Below, one piece after another: positions 23,937-33,463 of a stretch of 44,862 nt of DNA (its first letter is position 1; every line of letters begins with the position of its first letter). The position numbers and the translations under genes are program-made. The notes under the pieces are model-generated. The model was not told the DNA's origin. It did no database searches and saw only the letters and a list, made by a program, of their open reading frames with translations. Source of the DNA: a virus; the IMG/VR virus record IMGVR_UViG_2547132370_000003, positions 1 to 44,862 of that record. The stretch is one strand, 5' to 3'.

Positions 23937-24230
23937 ATGGCTGACGACAAGAAGAACAATGGGATCGAGGTTCTTACCCTGATCCCGGTTTACCCTGAAC
24001 CGGGCAAGGCCCCCTATCCGATTGGTACCCGCCTCAAGGTTCCCCTTGAGACGGCCGCATTCTGGAAGGGACGCGGCATCGCCCGTTTCGCCAATGACCC
24101 GCGTGAAAACGCCGCGACCGTGTCTGCCGGCATTGCCGACCACGTCAAGAATGCGCCGCTGCCGCCCGCGCCCGTCATGACGCCGCCGCCTGCATCCATG
24201 CAGCAGGGCTTCACGCCCCCGGCTGCGTGA
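23937..24230 (+). CDS. Hypothetical head-associated protein
   Basis: A 97-aa ORF in the head-to-tail junction region. Confidence 0.5.
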   Translation: MADDKKNNGIEVLTLIPVYPEPGKAPYPIGTRLKVPLETAAFWKGRGIARFANDPRENAATVSAGIADHVKNAPLPPAPVMTPPPASMQQGFTPPAA

Positions 24231-24574
24231 GCATCGATTTCGGGCAGCTTGTCCTCGGTCCGTGCCTGGACGCCTTCGCCAATCCCTACCCGTGGCAATC
24301 CCAGTCCCTATCCGGTCCGGTAATCATCAACGGCATATTCGATGATGGTTTCAGGGGACTGGATCCACAGGGGGATTTCCCTGGCACGACGCCTGTGGAC
24401 ATCACCACCAGCCTGCCCCGCCTTGGTGTCAGGCTGTCGGACTTCCCGATGCCACCTGCCCAGGGCGATGAGTTCGTCATCAATGGCCAGACATACAGCA
24501 TCCGCGAGGTCCAGCCGGACAGTCACGGCGGTGCGTGTCTGGAACTGAACCTTGTGGACATCAATACGACATGA
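24227..24574 (+). CDS. Putative head-tail joining/head-closure protein
   Basis: GTG start at a GTGA overlap. The C-terminal …DEFVINGQTYSIREVQPDSHGGACLELNL is typical of small head-tail joining proteins. Confidence 0.5.
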   Translation: MSIDFGQLVLGPCLDAFANPYPWQSQSLSGPVIINGIFDDGFRGLDPQGDFPGTTPVDITTSLPRLGVRLSDFPMPPAQGDEFVINGQTYSIREVQPDSHGGACLELNLVDINTT

Positions 24575-25095
24575 CGCTTTACCGCGTGCAGCTGCGCGAT
24601 GCAGCCGTGCAGGCGCTGATCGCAGCCAAGACGCTGGTCGGCGCGAATGTGCTGGTCAACCGCAGCCTGCCGCTGCCGATCGCAAAACTGCCTGCCATCC
24701 TCGTCACCGCCCCGCGTGATCAGGGCACAACGACAGGGCGCAACCAGCCTGGCTTCACGCGGGTCACCACGCTGGCCATCCGGGGTCAGCTGTGCGGTGC
24801 GTCCCCTGAACAGGTCGCCATGGATCTGGACCAGCTGGCGGAACAGATCGAGCTGGCCATCATGCTCGATGTCGGGCTGCAGGCGATGATCACCCAGGTC
24901 ACCTCGCTGAATACCGAGTTGATCGTGAACAGCGAGACCCGCGAACATACCGGCGAAGTCCGAATGCTGTTCGGTCTGGAATACATCGAATACTACCCCC
25001 CTGCGGGCACGCCGCTGACCGAGGTCACCGGACAGATGCAGGCGAACGGCAATTCCGATTTCGCCGACATGCAGGTGCCGATCACCCTCAACTGA
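24571..25095 (+). CDS. Putative neck/tail-completion protein
   Basis: The start is MTLYRVQLRD, at an ATGA overlap. It lies between the head and sheath genes. Confidence 0.5.
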   Translation: MTLYRVQLRDAAVQALIAAKTLVGANVLVNRSLPLPIAKLPAILVTAPRDQGTTTGRNQPGFTRVTTLAIRGQLCGASPEQVAMDLDQLAEQIELAIMLDVGLQAMITQVTSLNTELIVNSETREHTGEVRMLFGLEYIEYYPPAGTPLTEVTGQMQANGNSDFADMQVPITLN

Positions 25096-25105
25096 GGTCC
25101 CCCAC

Positions 25106-25345
25106 ATGTTTGTAAAACCCGCCCCGGGCCGCTCAGTGCGGTGGCCCGGCACCATGCGGCTGCTCAAGGCTGCGGGTGAAACCGTGCCCGAAACAGGCTT
25201 CTGGCTGCTGTGCCTGCACAACGGTGACGTGGTGAAGGCCACGCCGCCCGCCGCATCGGCCGCGCCTGTTTCGCCCTCTCCTTCGCCCGCGCACCTGTCC
25301 GGTGGCGCGGCGGCCATCCCTGAACCCGCCGAGGCCCACGCATGA
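25106..25345 (+). CDS. Small protein preceding the sheath gene (Mu gp38/DUF2635-like)
   Basis: MFVKPAPGRSVRWPGTMRLLKAAGETVPETGFWLLCLHNGDVV. The call rests on its position and size. Confidence 0.55.
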   Translation: MFVKPAPGRSVRWPGTMRLLKAAGETVPETGFWLLCLHNGDVVKATPPAASAAPVSPSPSPAHLSGGAAAIPEPAEAHA

Positions 25346-26829
25346 GCGGCTCCATCACGGTGCCGGGTTACCCGACCAACAACCGGGTGCCCGGCTTTTA
25401 TTTTGCCCTGGACAATTCCAGGGCAAATACCGCGTCCTACGGCCGCCGCGTGCTGATCATCGCGCAGACCACGACCGGCGCGGCCCTTGCGGGCACCGCG
25501 CGCCTGTCCGCCGGGATCAGCGATGCGCAGGGCCTGTATGGCATCGGCTCACAGGCCGCGATCATGGTGGCGCAGTATTTCGCCCTCGACCCGCTGGGCG
25601 AGGTCTGGGTGCTGCCGCTGGCCGATGATGCAGCAGCTGCTGCCGCCAAAGGCTCATTCGCCATCGCAGGCCCCGCGTCCGCATCCGGAACGCTGTGCCT
25701 GTATGTGGGTGACCAGCTGATCCCCACGCTGGTCACGGCGGGCGACACGGCAGCCACCATTGCCGAGAACGTCATCACCGCTGCCGCCGCCGTCACCGGC
25801 CTGCCGGTCTCGCTGGCAGTCGATGACACCGTGGCAGGACAGATCAATGTCACGGCGCTGAACAAGGGGCTGTGCGGCAACGACATCGGGCTGGGTGTGG
25901 ACCTGCTGGGCACTGCTGGCGGGCAGTCCCTGCCCACGGGCGTGTCGGTCACGCTGGGCCAGATGACGGGCGGCACGCAGAACCCGACCACGCTCGCCAC
26001 CGCACTCGCCACGCTGGGTGACCGTGTGTACGACCTGTTCATCCATCCCTACACCGACACGGCCAGCCTGACGGCGTTCAAGACGCTGTTCAACAACACC
26101 GATGGCCGCTGGGCACCGATGAACCAGCTGTATGGCCACGGCATCACCGCCTACCGGGGCACGTATGGGGAAGCCACCACGTTCGGCCTGACCCAGAACG
26201 ACCCGCACACCACGGTCATGCCGGTATCGGACAGCCCGTCCAGCCCCATGGTCTGGGCGGCACAGGTCGGGGCACTGGTCGCAGCCAGCATCCGGACCAA
26301 TCCGGCAATCCCCGTGACAGGCGTTGCCCTGACCGTCATGCCGCCCACGGATGCCGGGCGCTTCACGCTGGCCCAGCGCAACAGCCTGCTGCATGACGGC
26401 ATCAGCACTTTCACGGTGGATGACAGCGGCACGGTCAACATCGAGCGCCTGGTCACGACCTATCAGGAAAATGCCGAGGGCGTGCCCGATAACAGCTACC
26501 TCGACATCGAGACGCTGATGACGGCCATGATCTGCCTGCAGGACATGCGCATCTATCTGGCCTCCATGTTCGGCGGCTTCATCCTCGTGGCTGATGGCAC
26601 GAAGATCCCGGCGGGGGCCAAGGCCACCACGGCCCAGCTGATCGGCAAGGCCTGCGCCGCCCGCTACCGCTGGCAGTGCACGCAGCTGTGGGCGCAGAAC
26701 GCTGCCACCTTCGCCACCAACCTGCAGGCGCAGAATCAGGGTGGCGGGCAGGTCTTCCTGCTCATGCCCTATGACTTCGCCAACCAGCTGTGGGTCATCG
26801 CTGGCAACTGCCAGTTCGTGAAATCGTAA
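25342..26829 (+). CDS. Contractile tail sheath protein (Mu gpL-like)
   Basis: A 495-aa protein with N-terminus SITVPGYPTNNRVPGFYFALDNSRAN…VLIIAQ, typical of sheath proteins. Confidence 0.85.
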   Translation: MSGSITVPGYPTNNRVPGFYFALDNSRANTASYGRRVLIIAQTTTGAALAGTARLSAGISDAQGLYGIGSQAAIMVAQYFALDPLGEVWVLPLADDAAAAAAKGSFAIAGPASASGTLCLYVGDQLIPTLVTAGDTAATIAENVITAAAAVTGLPVSLAVDDTVAGQINVTALNKGLCGNDIGLGVDLLGTAGGQSLPTGVSVTLGQMTGGTQNPTTLATALATLGDRVYDLFIHPYTDTASLTAFKTLFNNTDGRWAPMNQLYGHGITAYRGTYGEATTFGLTQNDPHTTVMPVSDSPSSPMVWAAQVGALVAASIRTNPAIPVTGVALTVMPPTDAGRFTLAQRNSLLHDGISTFTVDDSGTVNIERLVTTYQENAEGVPDNSYLDIETLMTAMICLQDMRIYLASMFGGFILVADGTKIPAGAKATTAQLIGKACAARYRWQCTQLWAQNAATFATNLQAQNQGGGQVFLLMPYDFANQLWVIAGNCQFVKS

Positions 26830-26838
26830 GGAGCCGCC

Positions 26839-27222
26839 ATGTCCGGAACCGTCTATCGCGGGCCGCTTGGCGGCACCGCGACCCTCACCCTCAACGGCAT
26901 CCCCTTCAACGTCGTGGGCGAAGGCCAGTGGCAGGCCTCTGGCCCGGTCAACGAGACCGCCAAGGGCCAGTCTGCCGTCGAGGGTTTCACCCAGATGCCT
27001 GGCCAGGGCTTCATCAGCGCCACCTGCCGTGACCGCAGGGACTACCCGGTCAGCAGCCTGCAGGGCGCGTCCGACCTGACCGTCGTGCTGGTCTGCGCCA
27101 ACGGCAAGGTCATTACCTGCAACACCGGCTGGCAGACCGAAAACATCACCGTCAACACGCAGGAAGGCACGTTCGAACTGCATGTCGAAAGTGACACCGT
27201 GACCGAGGATATCGTTTCGTGA
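26839..27222 (+). CDS. Tail tube protein (Mu gpM-like)
   Basis: A 127-aa ORF immediately after the sheath gene. Confidence 0.8.
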   Translation: MSGTVYRGPLGGTATLTLNGIPFNVVGEGQWQASGPVNETAKGQSAVEGFTQMPGQGFISATCRDRRDYPVSSLQGASDLTVVLVCANGKVITCNTGWQTENITVNTQEGTFELHVESDTVTEDIVS

Positions 27223-27893
27223 GCCATCACCACAGACAGCCCACCGATGAAGAAGTCATGGCCATCGTGATTTCTGCTGGTGATGACGTGGAACAGGAAG
27301 ATGACGGGGACCGCACCCTCGTCATCGATCTGGACCCGCCGCTTGAGGTGAAAAAGGCCGGCACGTTCGAGGCGCTGCGCCTGCATGAACCCAACGTGTA
27401 CCAGATCCTGTGCGCGGCGCAGGCCATGGGCCGGCAGATGACACCGGAATCGGTCTACAATTCCCAGATCGGTCTGGTCGCACGCATCTCCGGTGTGCCG
27501 GAACGGGCCATCATCGAACTGCCCAGCACCATCCTCGACCGTGCTGTCGTGTTCGTCACGGGGTTCGAAGAAGACGCGCGGCGCAGGCCCGGTGAAGAAC
27601 CTGACACCGCCCCGTCCTTTTCTTTAATTTTCCCCGACCCGATCGAGGCCACCGGCCGCACATTCAGCGATATGGCGCTGCGTGAGCCAACGGTGCGCGA
27701 ACGCCGGATCATGAAGGCGGCGGAAGCAAAGGGCACGCCGGAAGCCTTCCTGCAGGCGGAAATCGCCCTGGTCGAGGCAGTCAGCGAATGGCCCAAGGCC
27801 GCCGTCCTCAAGATGCCGATCAGCAGGTTTGCAAAAGCTGCCGACTACCTGACCGGTTTTTTTATTTCTGGCCCGGCAACTGGGAACGTCTAG
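27219..27893 (+). CDS. Tail assembly chaperone, short form, with two tandem chaperone-like modules
   Basis: …TFEALRLHEPNVYQILCAAQAMG… and …TFSDMALREPTVRERRIMKAAEAKG… are internal repeats. The gene lies between the tube and tape-measure genes. Confidence 0.75.
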   Translation: MSHHHRQPTDEEVMAIVISAGDDVEQEDDGDRTLVIDLDPPLEVKKAGTFEALRLHEPNVYQILCAAQAMGRQMTPESVYNSQIGLVARISGVPERAIIELPSTILDRAVVFVTGFEEDARRRPGEEPDTAPSFSLIFPDPIEATGRTFSDMALREPTVRERRIMKAAEAKGTPEAFLQAEIALVEAVSEWPKAAVLKMPISRFAKAADYLTGFFISGPATGNV

Positions 27894-28042
27894 GCGCGGA
27901 CCTGTGCCGGTTCTTCACCGGCTGGTCACGCCATGACGTGGAAACGCTGACCGGCACCGACATGGTCGACGCGATCGAGACCGCCAGCCAGATCGCGGCG
28001 GAACAGAAACGGGAGGCCGAACGTGCCAAACGCAGGCGTTAA
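27219..28042 (+). CDS. Tail assembly chaperone, -1 frameshifted long form
   Basis: This fuses frame 0 (27219-27863) with the -1 frame ORF that ends at 28042. It is analogous to lambda G/GT and P2 E/E+E'. Confidence 0.6.
27857..27863 (+). other. Slippery heptamer T TTT TTT for a programmed -1 frameshift
   Basis: In the zero frame the sequence reads ggT TTT TTT att. The -1 frame stays open to 28042 and continues FFYFWPGNWERLG…. Confidence 0.65.
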
Positions 28043-30242
28043 GGTTGTCATCAGCGCGGCCGACCGGGCCAGCCAGACGATCGAGCGGATCAATACCCGC
28101 ATCGCCCGCATGCAGGCCCCCGTCCGCCGCGTGCAGGCGGCCTTTGGCCGCTTTGCCAGCCTGTCGGGCCTGTCCCGCCTGAATAATGGCATCGTCGGCG
28201 TCGGCCGGTCTGCCCTGGGTGCGTTCCAGTCGCTGGGCCAGATTGTCCCCGTGCTCGGCACGCTGACCGGTGCCGCCAGCGTGGCGGGCGTGTACCGCCT
28301 TGCCAGCGCGTGGGCACAGGTCGGCACAGACCTGCGCACCACATCGCGCACCATGGGCATGGCGCCGCAGAAACTGCAGGCCATGCAGAACGCAGCCAAG
28401 CTGGCTGGCGGCTCGGCTGAATCCATGACCGGTGCGCTGCAGCAGCTGTCCCAGACCAGCTGGGCTGCATCCCATAATCAGGACCCGGCCGCTGCCGCCC
28501 AGTTTAGGGCGGTCGGCGTATCCATGAAGGAACTGCAGACCCTCACCCCGGACAAACTGTTCCAGCGCGTAGCCGCACGCCTGCGCGAGATCCGCAACCC
28601 GGCCGCGCAGGCTGTCGCGGCAACCACGTTATTCGGTGGTGCTGCACAGGGTCTGATGCCCATATTCCAGCAGACCGGGCGCGAGTTTGAACGCAACCTG
28701 CAGCTGGCAGAACGCTATGGCGTGATGAACCAGAAAGGCGTGGATGCAGCAAATCGCATGCGGCAGGCCCAGCAGCAGCTTGGGCTGGCTGTGGAAGGCT
28801 TCGGTAACAGTCTGGCGCAGACGCTGGAACCCGCCATCACACCGGTTCTGCAATTCATGGCGGAGTGGATCGCAGTCAACGGCAAATGGATCTCGCAGGA
28901 CATAGGAAAATACGTCGGGCAGTTCGTCACATGGATGCGCACGGCCGGTTGGAAGCAGATCAAGGGCGATATCAGCAGCACCTATCAGGCCATAAGCAAT
29001 GTTGTGGACCGCCTGGGAGGTTGGAAATCAGCCGGACGCGATGCGCTGATCGCCATTGCCGCCCTTTATGCGATGCCAGTCCTTACAGGCCTCGCCTCCA
29101 TTGCGGCGGCGGCCGTCACGATCGGCACAGCACTCGCCGCCATCAGCCTGCCCGTAGCAGCTGCGATCGCCGCTGTCGCGGCACTCGGGGTGGCCGGGTA
29201 TGAACTGTGGTCCCACTGGGGCGGCATCAGCAAGCGGTTCGCCGGCATGTGGAATGGCCTCAAGGGCATATTCCAGAACAATACCGGCTATGTCCGCACC
29301 CTGACGGAAGCCCTGTTTCCGGTGCCCGCAATGATCATCAACCACTGGGGGCATCTGGGAAAGTTCTTCTCGGATATGTGGGACGGGATCAAGGACGCGT
29401 TTTCGTCGGCCTGGAGCTATATCTCGCCCATCGTGGACAAGATCTCGCAGTCCATCGATGCGGTATCCAACAGCTGGATCGGCAAGAAGATCGCAGCGGC
29501 TGCTGGCGCTGTGGAACAGACGGTCATGTCCGGCGTCAGCGCCGTAGGCAGCTACGACCGTAAGGGCATGGACTGGTATGCCGGGTATGTCGATCGCATA
29601 ACCGGATACCGGTCGCCCCGGCTTGCGGCCCCGATACAGCAGGCGGGGATCGCGGCGGCCCAGCGATATGGCCTTGACCCGGACCATTACCTGGCACTCC
29701 TGCGCACGGAAGGCGGCGGCTACAACAACGTCTCCAAGGCCGGGGCCTTCGGTCCCGGGCAGCTCATGCCGGCAACGGCGCGCGGGCTTGGAGTGGCGGA
29801 TTCGATCAATGCCCCGGATTATGACTGGCGCAAGAACCTTGATGCCAGTGCACGGCTATATAGCCAGCTGCTGAAACGGGCCGGCGGCGATTATGCTGTG
29901 GCGGATGCATCCTACAATGCAGGGCCATACAGCAGGTCCGTGTCCCGGTTTGCCCAGACACATGACCTGTCCGTCCTGCCAAAGGAGACGCAGGATTATG
30001 TCGCCACGATCGCGCGTGACAGCCGTTCGGCACCGGCAATGAGCGTTCCCCCCGGGACAGCAGCCGGAACGGCGGCGACCCCGCAGGGTGGAAGTGGCCA
30101 GCCCCAGTCCATGACCGTTCACGTCAGGGCGGATCCGGGGACACAGGGCCGTGTGACCCGATCCACACCGGGTACGCGCGTCGTCAACCAGATGCCCGTC
30201 CAGCAGGCCATGCCGCCCGCGCTCACACCCGTAGGAAACTGA
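28023..30242 (+). CDS. Tape measure protein with a C-terminal lytic-transglycosylase (SLT) domain
   Basis: A 739-aa protein with a GTG start. It has helical and TM-like segments. The SLT motifs are LRTEGGGYNNVSKAGAFGPGQLMPATARGLGV … YNAGP (nt about 29634-29957). Confidence 0.9.
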   Translation: MPNAGVKVVISAADRASQTIERINTRIARMQAPVRRVQAAFGRFASLSGLSRLNNGIVGVGRSALGAFQSLGQIVPVLGTLTGAASVAGVYRLASAWAQVGTDLRTTSRTMGMAPQKLQAMQNAAKLAGGSAESMTGALQQLSQTSWAASHNQDPAAAAQFRAVGVSMKELQTLTPDKLFQRVAARLREIRNPAAQAVAATTLFGGAAQGLMPIFQQTGREFERNLQLAERYGVMNQKGVDAANRMRQAQQQLGLAVEGFGNSLAQTLEPAITPVLQFMAEWIAVNGKWISQDIGKYVGQFVTWMRTAGWKQIKGDISSTYQAISNVVDRLGGWKSAGRDALIAIAALYAMPVLTGLASIAAAAVTIGTALAAISLPVAAAIAAVAALGVAGYELWSHWGGISKRFAGMWNGLKGIFQNNTGYVRTLTEALFPVPAMIINHWGHLGKFFSDMWDGIKDAFSSAWSYISPIVDKISQSIDAVSNSWIGKKIAAAAGAVEQTVMSGVSAVGSYDRKGMDWYAGYVDRITGYRSPRLAAPIQQAGIAAAQRYGLDPDHYLALLRTEGGGYNNVSKAGAFGPGQLMPATARGLGVADSINAPDYDWRKNLDASARLYSQLLKRAGGDYAVADASYNAGPYSRSVSRFAQTHDLSVLPKETQDYVATIARDSRSAPAMSVPPGTAAGTAATPQGGSGQPQSMTVHVRADPGTQGRVTRSTPGTRVVNQMPVQQAMPPALTPVGN

Positions 30243-30243
30243 C

Positions 30244-31542
30244 ATGGCCGGAATCATCACGACCCTTGCGGAAGAATACCTGCAGGGGTCGTTCCGTGGC
30301 GTCCCCTTTGTGGTTGTCGGCAGCGGCGGCAGCAACGGGCGCAATTTCCAGATCCACCGTTACCCGTTCCGCGACCAGCCATGGGCTGAGGATCTGGGAC
30401 GCGCCCCGCGTTCCTACCGGATCCGTGGCTTCCTGATCGGCCCCGAATGCCTGGTGCAGCGTGACCTGCTGGTCATGGCGGCTGAAACACAGGGGCCGGG
30501 CACGCTGATCCATCCCACGGTGGGCGCGCTGCAGGCCGCCCTCACCCGCTTCGAGTGGTACGAACGCGACGGGGTGATGGGCATCGTCGATATCGAGATG
30601 GAACTGGTCGAGGTCGTCAATTACCTCGGCTCGGTCATTACCCTGGCGCTGGACGCCGCCATCGGGGTCGCGGCCGTGGCGTTCGGCGCATCTGCGTCAT
30701 CCGACTACACCGCCAGTACGCTGACCCCGTATTCCTACGGGCGCTCCGTCCTCGGTGCCGGGCGTACCGTCGCCAGTCTCTGGGGCGCGGGTGCCGTCAC
30801 GGCCATCCGTTCCCCCAGCGCATGGCAGGCCTCGCTTGGCGTCCTGCCAGGCAACCTTGGCCGGTATGTGGGTGGTAATGGCGCCGCCACCGATCCCGAT
30901 GCGACCGAGGCCAGCGTGCTGGAAGACCTGACCACGAACGGGCAGGTCGTCAGCGCCAATGTGGCAGGGCTGGCGGATGCGGCAGACGCCACGGCGCTGG
31001 CCACCGGCATCCTTGCCGTGCCGGAATCGGTCCGCTCGGCCATCGCGGATCCGGCGGGACAGATCGCGGTCCTGACCCCGCTGGTGTCCTGCGATGCCAC
31101 GGTGATGGCCTCCAGCGCACCGATCGGCGGGGCCATTGCAACGGCGCAGGCCGCGACTGCAACGCTGTGCCGGCAGGCTGCCCTGCTGTCGCTGGCCCGC
31201 GCCTGCGGGGACTGGCAGCCTTCATCCGCCGAGGACGCGCAGGCCATGCGCCTCAAGGTCGGCACGCTGCTCGATGATGAAGCCATCACGGCGGCCGACA
31301 GTGGCAATGACGCCAGCTTTCAGGCCTTGCGGTCGCTGCGCGCACAGGTGCTGCAGGATCTGGCTGACCGGGGCGCGCGCCTGCCGGACATGATCACCGT
31401 CACCCGCAACGCCGCCCTGCCCGCGCTGGTGCTGGCCCAGCAGCTCTATGCCGACGGATCCCGCGCGCCCGACCTGATCCGGCGCGCCGATCCCATCCAT
31501 CCCGCTTTCATGCCAACCGCATTCGAGGCCCTGTCATCATGA
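30244..31542 (+). CDS. DNA circulation protein homologue (Mu gp43/gpN-like baseplate protein)
   Basis: The N-terminus is EEYLQGSFRGVPFVVVGSGGSNGRNFQIHRYPFRDQPWAEDLGRAPRSYRIRGFLIG. Confidence 0.85.
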   Translation: MAGIITTLAEEYLQGSFRGVPFVVVGSGGSNGRNFQIHRYPFRDQPWAEDLGRAPRSYRIRGFLIGPECLVQRDLLVMAAETQGPGTLIHPTVGALQAALTRFEWYERDGVMGIVDIEMELVEVVNYLGSVITLALDAAIGVAAVAFGASASSDYTASTLTPYSYGRSVLGAGRTVASLWGAGAVTAIRSPSAWQASLGVLPGNLGRYVGGNGAATDPDATEASVLEDLTTNGQVVSANVAGLADAADATALATGILAVPESVRSAIADPAGQIAVLTPLVSCDATVMASSAPIGGAIATAQAATATLCRQAALLSLARACGDWQPSSAEDAQAMRLKVGTLLDDEAITAADSGNDASFQALRSLRAQVLQDLADRGARLPDMITVTRNAALPALVLAQQLYADGSRAPDLIRRADPIHPAFMPTAFEALSS

Positions 31543-32759
31543 GTGGTGCGCTGACTGCCCTGTCCGACTTTCTGGGATGGAATAACGCCCCGTCGGATCA
31601 GGTCTCGATCGTGGTCACGACCGGTGGTGCGTCGCGCCAGATCACCAACTGGACGTCGGCCGTGCTGCGGCTGGGGATCGAGATCATGCCCTGGACGGCA
31701 ACGCTGGGCATGACAGCCGCCCACGCGTCCGCCACCGGGGCCGGCACTCTCAACCCGGGCGATACCTGTCAGGTCTATATCGGGGCTGATCTGGTATTCA
31801 CCGGATACGTCATCACCGTGGTGGATGACCTCGGGCCGGAAGATCACATGATCGAGGTGCAGATCGCCTCGAAATCCGTCGATCTGGTGGAGTGCGCCGC
31901 CGAGTTCAGCACGTTCCAGATGAACAGTACCAACGTGCTGGCCATCGCGCAGGCTGTTGCCAGTCGCATGAACATTGACGTGATTTCCGTCAACGGCGCA
32001 GGCGATACCGACATCCTCGCCTTTTCCGTCATCCTGACGGAAACCGCCTATGAGGTGATCGAGCGCGTCTCCCGTCTTGCCGCCGTGCTGTTCTATGACC
32101 GGCCGGACGGCAATATCTGCATGTCAGCCGTGGGCACGCGCCGCGCGGCCAGCGGTTTTACGGTGGGTCAGAACGTCGAACGCATCCAGACCGTACGCAG
32201 CCTTGGCGGTCGGTATTCCAAGGTTATCGCCATAAACCAGAATACCGTATCCCTATTCACCGATCCGCATGTCGATGCGCTGGCAAGCCAGATGAGTGCC
32301 CTGACCGTAGGCATTGAGGCGACGGACAGTGGCGTGCCGCGTACGCGCATCATGTTCATTCCGGTAGAAAACGGAGACGAGAACAATAAGGTCTGCCAGC
32401 AGCGCGCGCAGTGGGAGGTCAACCGCCGGTATGGTCGCGCCTATCCCGTCACGCTGACGGCCGACAGCTGGCGCGACGCGGCTGGACAGCTATGGCTGCC
32501 CAACACGCTCGCCCCCGTCACCGCGCGCGACGGCACGGTCTCGGACCTGCTGATCGGGGAACTGACCCTGCGCCAGACGGTCGAGGACGGAACCCATGCC
32601 GATGTCGTACTGATGCCCCCCGGCGCCTTCTCGCCTGAGCCTCTGCTTAACCCGGCACTAGCCGATAAATTCCTTCAGGTCATGAACAGTGCGCAGAACA
32701 GCGTGGACACATCCATCCAGACCGAGGACTTGGCTGCCCCGAAGAATACCACATCATGA
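31539..32759 (+). CDS. Baseplate hub protein (Mu gpP/gp44, P2 gpD-like)
   Basis: A 406-aa ORF called from its position and size and an ATGA overlap. Confidence 0.8.
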   Translation: MSGALTALSDFLGWNNAPSDQVSIVVTTGGASRQITNWTSAVLRLGIEIMPWTATLGMTAAHASATGAGTLNPGDTCQVYIGADLVFTGYVITVVDDLGPEDHMIEVQIASKSVDLVECAAEFSTFQMNSTNVLAIAQAVASRMNIDVISVNGAGDTDILAFSVILTETAYEVIERVSRLAAVLFYDRPDGNICMSAVGTRRAASGFTVGQNVERIQTVRSLGGRYSKVIAINQNTVSLFTDPHVDALASQMSALTVGIEATDSGVPRTRIMFIPVENGDENNKVCQQRAQWEVNRRYGRAYPVTLTADSWRDAAGQLWLPNTLAPVTARDGTVSDLLIGELTLRQTVEDGTHADVVLMPPGAFSPEPLLNPALADKFLQVMNSAQNSVDTSIQTEDLAAPKNTTS

Positions 32760-33259
32760 CCGCGCCCCTTCTGCGCACCGCGCGCCGTGTGATGATGGCG
32801 CTGGGCATCGGCCGCCAGACCGCCAACACGAACGAAACCCCCAACACGCCCACCGTGCAGGCCGCACTGGCGGCGGGGGAGATAAAGGCCGACCTGCCGA
32901 TCATGCAGGAATACGGGCTGGCCAGCCGGCCGGTGCCGGGGTCCGACCTGGTCATCGCCTTCATCGGCGGCGACCGCACGCGTGGCGTGGTCATCGCCAC
33001 CGGCGACCAGCGCGGCAGGCCGAAAGACCTGCAGCCCGGTGAGGTCTGCCTGTTCCATCCTTCCACCGGCAGCCGGATCTGGCTCATGGCGGACGGGTCG
33101 ATCGCCCTGAACCCGGCCAATAACAAGGTCACCACCCCCGGCGATTTCACGGCCGGGGGCACCATCACCGGCAATGAGGTCGTGGCGCAGGGCAAGAAGC
33201 TGTCCAGCCACGAACATTCCAACGGTAATAATGGCGCGGATACGGGACCGCCCGTCTGA
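32756..33259 (+). CDS. Baseplate spike/assembly protein V (Mu gp45-like)
   Basis: …GDRTRGVVIATGDQRGRPKDLQPGEVCLFHPSTGSRIWL…KLSSHEHSNGNNGADTGPPV. Confidence 0.8.
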   Translation: MTAPLLRTARRVMMALGIGRQTANTNETPNTPTVQAALAAGEIKADLPIMQEYGLASRPVPGSDLVIAFIGGDRTRGVVIATGDQRGRPKDLQPGEVCLFHPSTGSRIWLMADGSIALNPANNKVTTPGDFTAGGTITGNEVVAQGKKLSSHEHSNGNNGADTGPPV

Positions 33260-33262
33260 TGC

Positions 33263-33463
33263 TTACTCCGCCGCGATCCCATGGACCGGGCGAGACGTGC
33301 GCTCGCGCACATCAAGGACCTCGATGCCGATCAGCCCGCCATCGGCATCGTAATCCAGCATCACGCCGGGGGAGACTTCGCGGGTTTCCACGGATTTTGC
33401 CCCTTCCGGCCCAACCCAGATGAACATGGCGTCGGTCTCGGGATCGTAGCTGGTTTTTATCAT
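33263..33463 (-). CDS. DUF2283-like small protein (putative antitoxin partner)
   Basis: MIKTSYDPETDAMFIWVGPEGAKSVETREVSPGVMLDYDADGGLIGIEVLDV. An ATGA overlap links it to the upstream DUF4258-like gene. Confidence 0.7.
   Translation of the reverse strand: MIKTSYDPETDAMFIWVGPEGAKSVETREVSPGVMLDYDADGGLIGIEVLDVRERTSRPVHGIAAE

Noticed and set aside
22677-27183. Very long minus-strand ORFs 22677..24143 (488 aa) and 25654..27183 (509 aa)
   Set aside because: They are antisense shadows of the capsid and sheath genes. They are Gly/Arg/Asp/His-rich with no motifs.
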